This document shows, in pieces, positions 61,175-64,000 of a stretch of 64,000 nt of DNA (positions are counted from its first letter, which is position 1; each line of letters begins with the position of its first letter). The notes beneath the pieces are model-generated. The model was not told the DNA's origin and did no database searches. It worked only from the letters and a program-made list of their open reading frames with translations. A program made the position numbers and the translations under genes. Origin of the DNA: Monosiga brevicollis MX1 (lineage: Eukaryota); contig NW_001865084.1 of assembly GCF_000002865.3 (NCBI RefSeq), positions 1 through 64,000 on the forward strand. Direction: 5' to 3'.

Positions 61175-64000
61175 TCACGTTGGAAATACAGGTTGGCCAG
61201 TCCATCGCTCCTCTCCCTCGTCCTCGTCCTCATCCATGGTTGCACGCTGCTGTGCACGGGCACCAGGACCAATCTATCACACCCATCATCCGGTGACGTG
61301 AGCCAGGATATATTGCCGGCACATCGGCAATCAAGATTCGATCTCACAAGAAAGAAAAATACGTACATATCCCTTGCGTTGGCGTCGATTGTTGCGCGAC
61401 GTGTCGCGTGCATTGCTTCGGGGCACAACCTGTTCCCAAAACGATAGGCAGGTATAAATGCATGAGCAACTCCATCGAGCCTCAAGCCCGTCATGTTTGC
61501 CCAAACGCGAGACCCACTGCTTGCTCGCGGAGGATAGGGTGGACAACACCACGAAGTTCTTCCTCCTCTTCCTCTGCCTTGGCACGCTGATCAAACTCCA
61601 TGACCAGGCGCTTGTTTCGTTGACGCTCGGCTGCTTCCTCCTACATGCACAACATGATAAAAGTGCCGATGCAGGACACACTGTGAGAGCAACCCTCACC
61701 CAACCCTCGCTTAAAGCTCATGCTGCTCCACACCCGAATGGGCAGTCGAAGGAATCCATGGTAATGGGCCTTACACGTTGACGTTGGATCATGCTTTCGG
61801 CCATGCCCGTTGCCGCAGGCACCAAGATTTCCTGCTGGCGCTTTTTGGTCAGCAACGTAAACACAAGCTTGGACTGACTACCACCATCTCCGTGAACCTC
61901 GCGAGGCGCTTGTCCCTATTGAAGGCGGCATGTTCATATTTTCACGTGAAGACCAGCTGTCAACATGGGTGGGTAAGAAATTCCAACTGAATGCGAACCT
62001 TGAGCTGTGCTGGAATGGCCACGTCCAAAGCCTTGGCTGGCTGATTGCTCTTCTTGCCCAAGTCCGTCATCATGCGATTGAACTCCTTGACGAAATCTTC
62101 ATCCTCTGGCTCGGGCTCGTGTGGCTAGATCAAGCAATCTTTGATGAGCAACAACAAGGAAAAAAAAAAAATAGATGTGCTTGTGCAACACAATCGGAGG
62201 CAAGCAGCAGATGATGGTGGGCGTGACGTCACCCTCAGCTCACAAAGAACTCAGATATTATCGGCCCTACCTTTGCTTCCTTGAGCACCACATGATTGTC
62301 GTCATCGTCATCGACCGCTTCACTGTTCGCCACGGCGTCTGTCGAACCCTGTATCAGCAAGCATCGCGCATGAGTTACCTTGCAACTCGCAGGCTGAAGT
62401 TGGGGCATCACGACGTGACGTACCGCGTCAACTTCTATGTGTGTATCGCGGTGTTCATCCGCCCATGCAAGCAAGAACCATAAGGCATGCGCCGTGAATT
62501 GATCGCTGGCCGACATTTGCATGATAGAAGAGGTCGAATAGCAGTGGCTTGCATTGCGAGAAGAAGAGAGAGACCATGACACACCCTCATCATCGTCGTC
62601 ATCATCGTCATCTTCGTCATCGGAGTCGCTGTCTTCACCGGCATTGGCATCGGCCAGAGCAGCCCTCTGGCTCTGCTGTAGAGCTTTGATGTCAAAGCCC
62701 TTCTTTTCAAGCTTGCGAAGGTTCTCGGCCTCCAACTCTGCAATTGCAGCCTCAGCCTCTTCGAGCGTGCTGATGGGGACCATTTTCGGACTGTGTTGAC
62801 CAGTAGCAAACAATGGGCTTGGCGTAAGGGGACGGACGAGATGCAGCTCGGGAGCACCACTGCACTTTCTGTGCAATGCGTGTGTCAATACACACACAAG
62901 CTCGACCCGATTGCCTACCGTAGGGCTTCCAACGTGTCTTGCAAGGTAAACTTAATGCCCATTGGCAACGGCTGGGGCTTGCGCAGGACGTATCGCTGGA
63001 AGTAGAGTAGAAAGTTGTCCAACCTGAAGGAGCCACCAACCCAAGACATCGAGGTAAATTCAACCCCGATTCAAGTACAAGTCAAGAAGCACATCAAGGA
63101 ACTGTTGTCGTCCAAGGCATACCGACGCTTCTCCTGGCTCTTCGCAAAGAAGCTCCCACATGTATCAAGAAGAACGCAGACAAGCTTGATGCTGTGTAAG
63201 TCGCAAGTGGGTGATGAGGATATGGACAGAACGAGCATGGCGCGGCCATCACGTGGTTCTACTTGGCAATGCCACTGAGCCGCCACTGGCATTAACGTAC
63301 CGAAATGCGTTGTGGGGTGGATCGAGGAATGGGTCGTGGGCGGCAAAGGAAATGAGAGAATACAGTGTGTTCAGGATGACACCACTGTCCACAAGCGTGA
63401 AATTGAAGAGCTCGCTCAGAAACTTGACGGTGGCTACCCGACGCTGGTTGATGTCTGGCGTATTGATCTCCATGCCCAAGCGAATTTCCTCCAAAACAGC
63501 GTCAACAACGGCATACGACAGCTGAGGCACGTGATCACGAAGTCCAGACAGCAACGAGGCCAACGCCATGATCTCGTCAAACTTGAGCAGCCATGCGCGC
63601 ACAAAGCACTTGAGGCCGTACTGGAAAAAGACTGGATCCGACCAGGGAAGTTTGCGAAGCTTGGGCAGCAACGATTTGACGACATCGGCCTTTGGTTTGA
63701 GATCCTTGTACAACAATTTGCGCAAATAGTCGTGAAGTGGAGGTCGAACTTTAACTTCGATGAGGGCACGCTCTGGTGGGTTGCAATAGTAGTACGCATT
63801 GGCGATCATCGTCAGGTAGCGTTCATCGTGCAAAGCCACCTTTTTCTTCATCATGGTGGCCAAGAGCGCCTTGGTGCGCACATGCGTCTCGGGAGAGCGA
63901 TAGAGAAATCGGCCACACGTGTCCAGTAAGTTGGTGAGCATTTCCACATTTTGTCCGGTGAATTTGTTGAGCAGCATCTATTGTTGACACAGCCGGTAGA
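61175..64000 (-). CDS. UPF2: Nonsense-mediated decay factor UPF2 (3' part: MIF4G-2/3, acidic region, C-terminal UPF1-binding region); 5' part lies outside the window
   Basis: LLDTCGRFLYRSPETH; ANAYYYCNPPER; VDAVLEEIRLGME; NQRRVATVKFLSELFNF; FR|IKLVCVLLDTCG; DEDFVKEFNRMM; FTLLTKK. The exact last exon is less certain. Confidence 0.92.

Overview
Gene-dense, intron-rich, GC-rich eukaryotic scaffold with abundant (CT)n/(CA)n microsatellites and four N-gaps. Gene content and intron style suggest a choanoflagellate such as Monosiga (inference, not proven). About 21 host protein-coding genes can be reconstructed by hand across GT-AG introns: a secreted protein with a bacterial-type DUF11-like domain (partial), NAE1, a TENT5/FAM46-like nucleotidyltransferase, an SVOP-like MFS transporter, DHODH, an SDR, an RH-C1-DH-PH RhoGEF, a CHY zinc finger protein, ERp44, SPAG1, GET4, Rab5, the 25-aa eL41 (absent from the ORF track), ATP23, a GGCT-like protein, PSME4/PA200, an orphan gene, CFAP65, NRAMP and UPF2 (partial). 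An AT-rich bacterial OmpA fragment with a Rho-independent terminator sits next to a gap and is probably an assembly chimera. No CRISPR, tRNA, rRNA or recognisable transposon was found. I cannot support a clearly new multi-gene system. The best leads are the bacterial fragment, the TENT5 and RGS-RhoGEF homologues, the DUF11-like surface protein, a double-hairpin intron in eL41, and recurrent promoter motifs. All family calls come from motif recognition by eye, without database searches.
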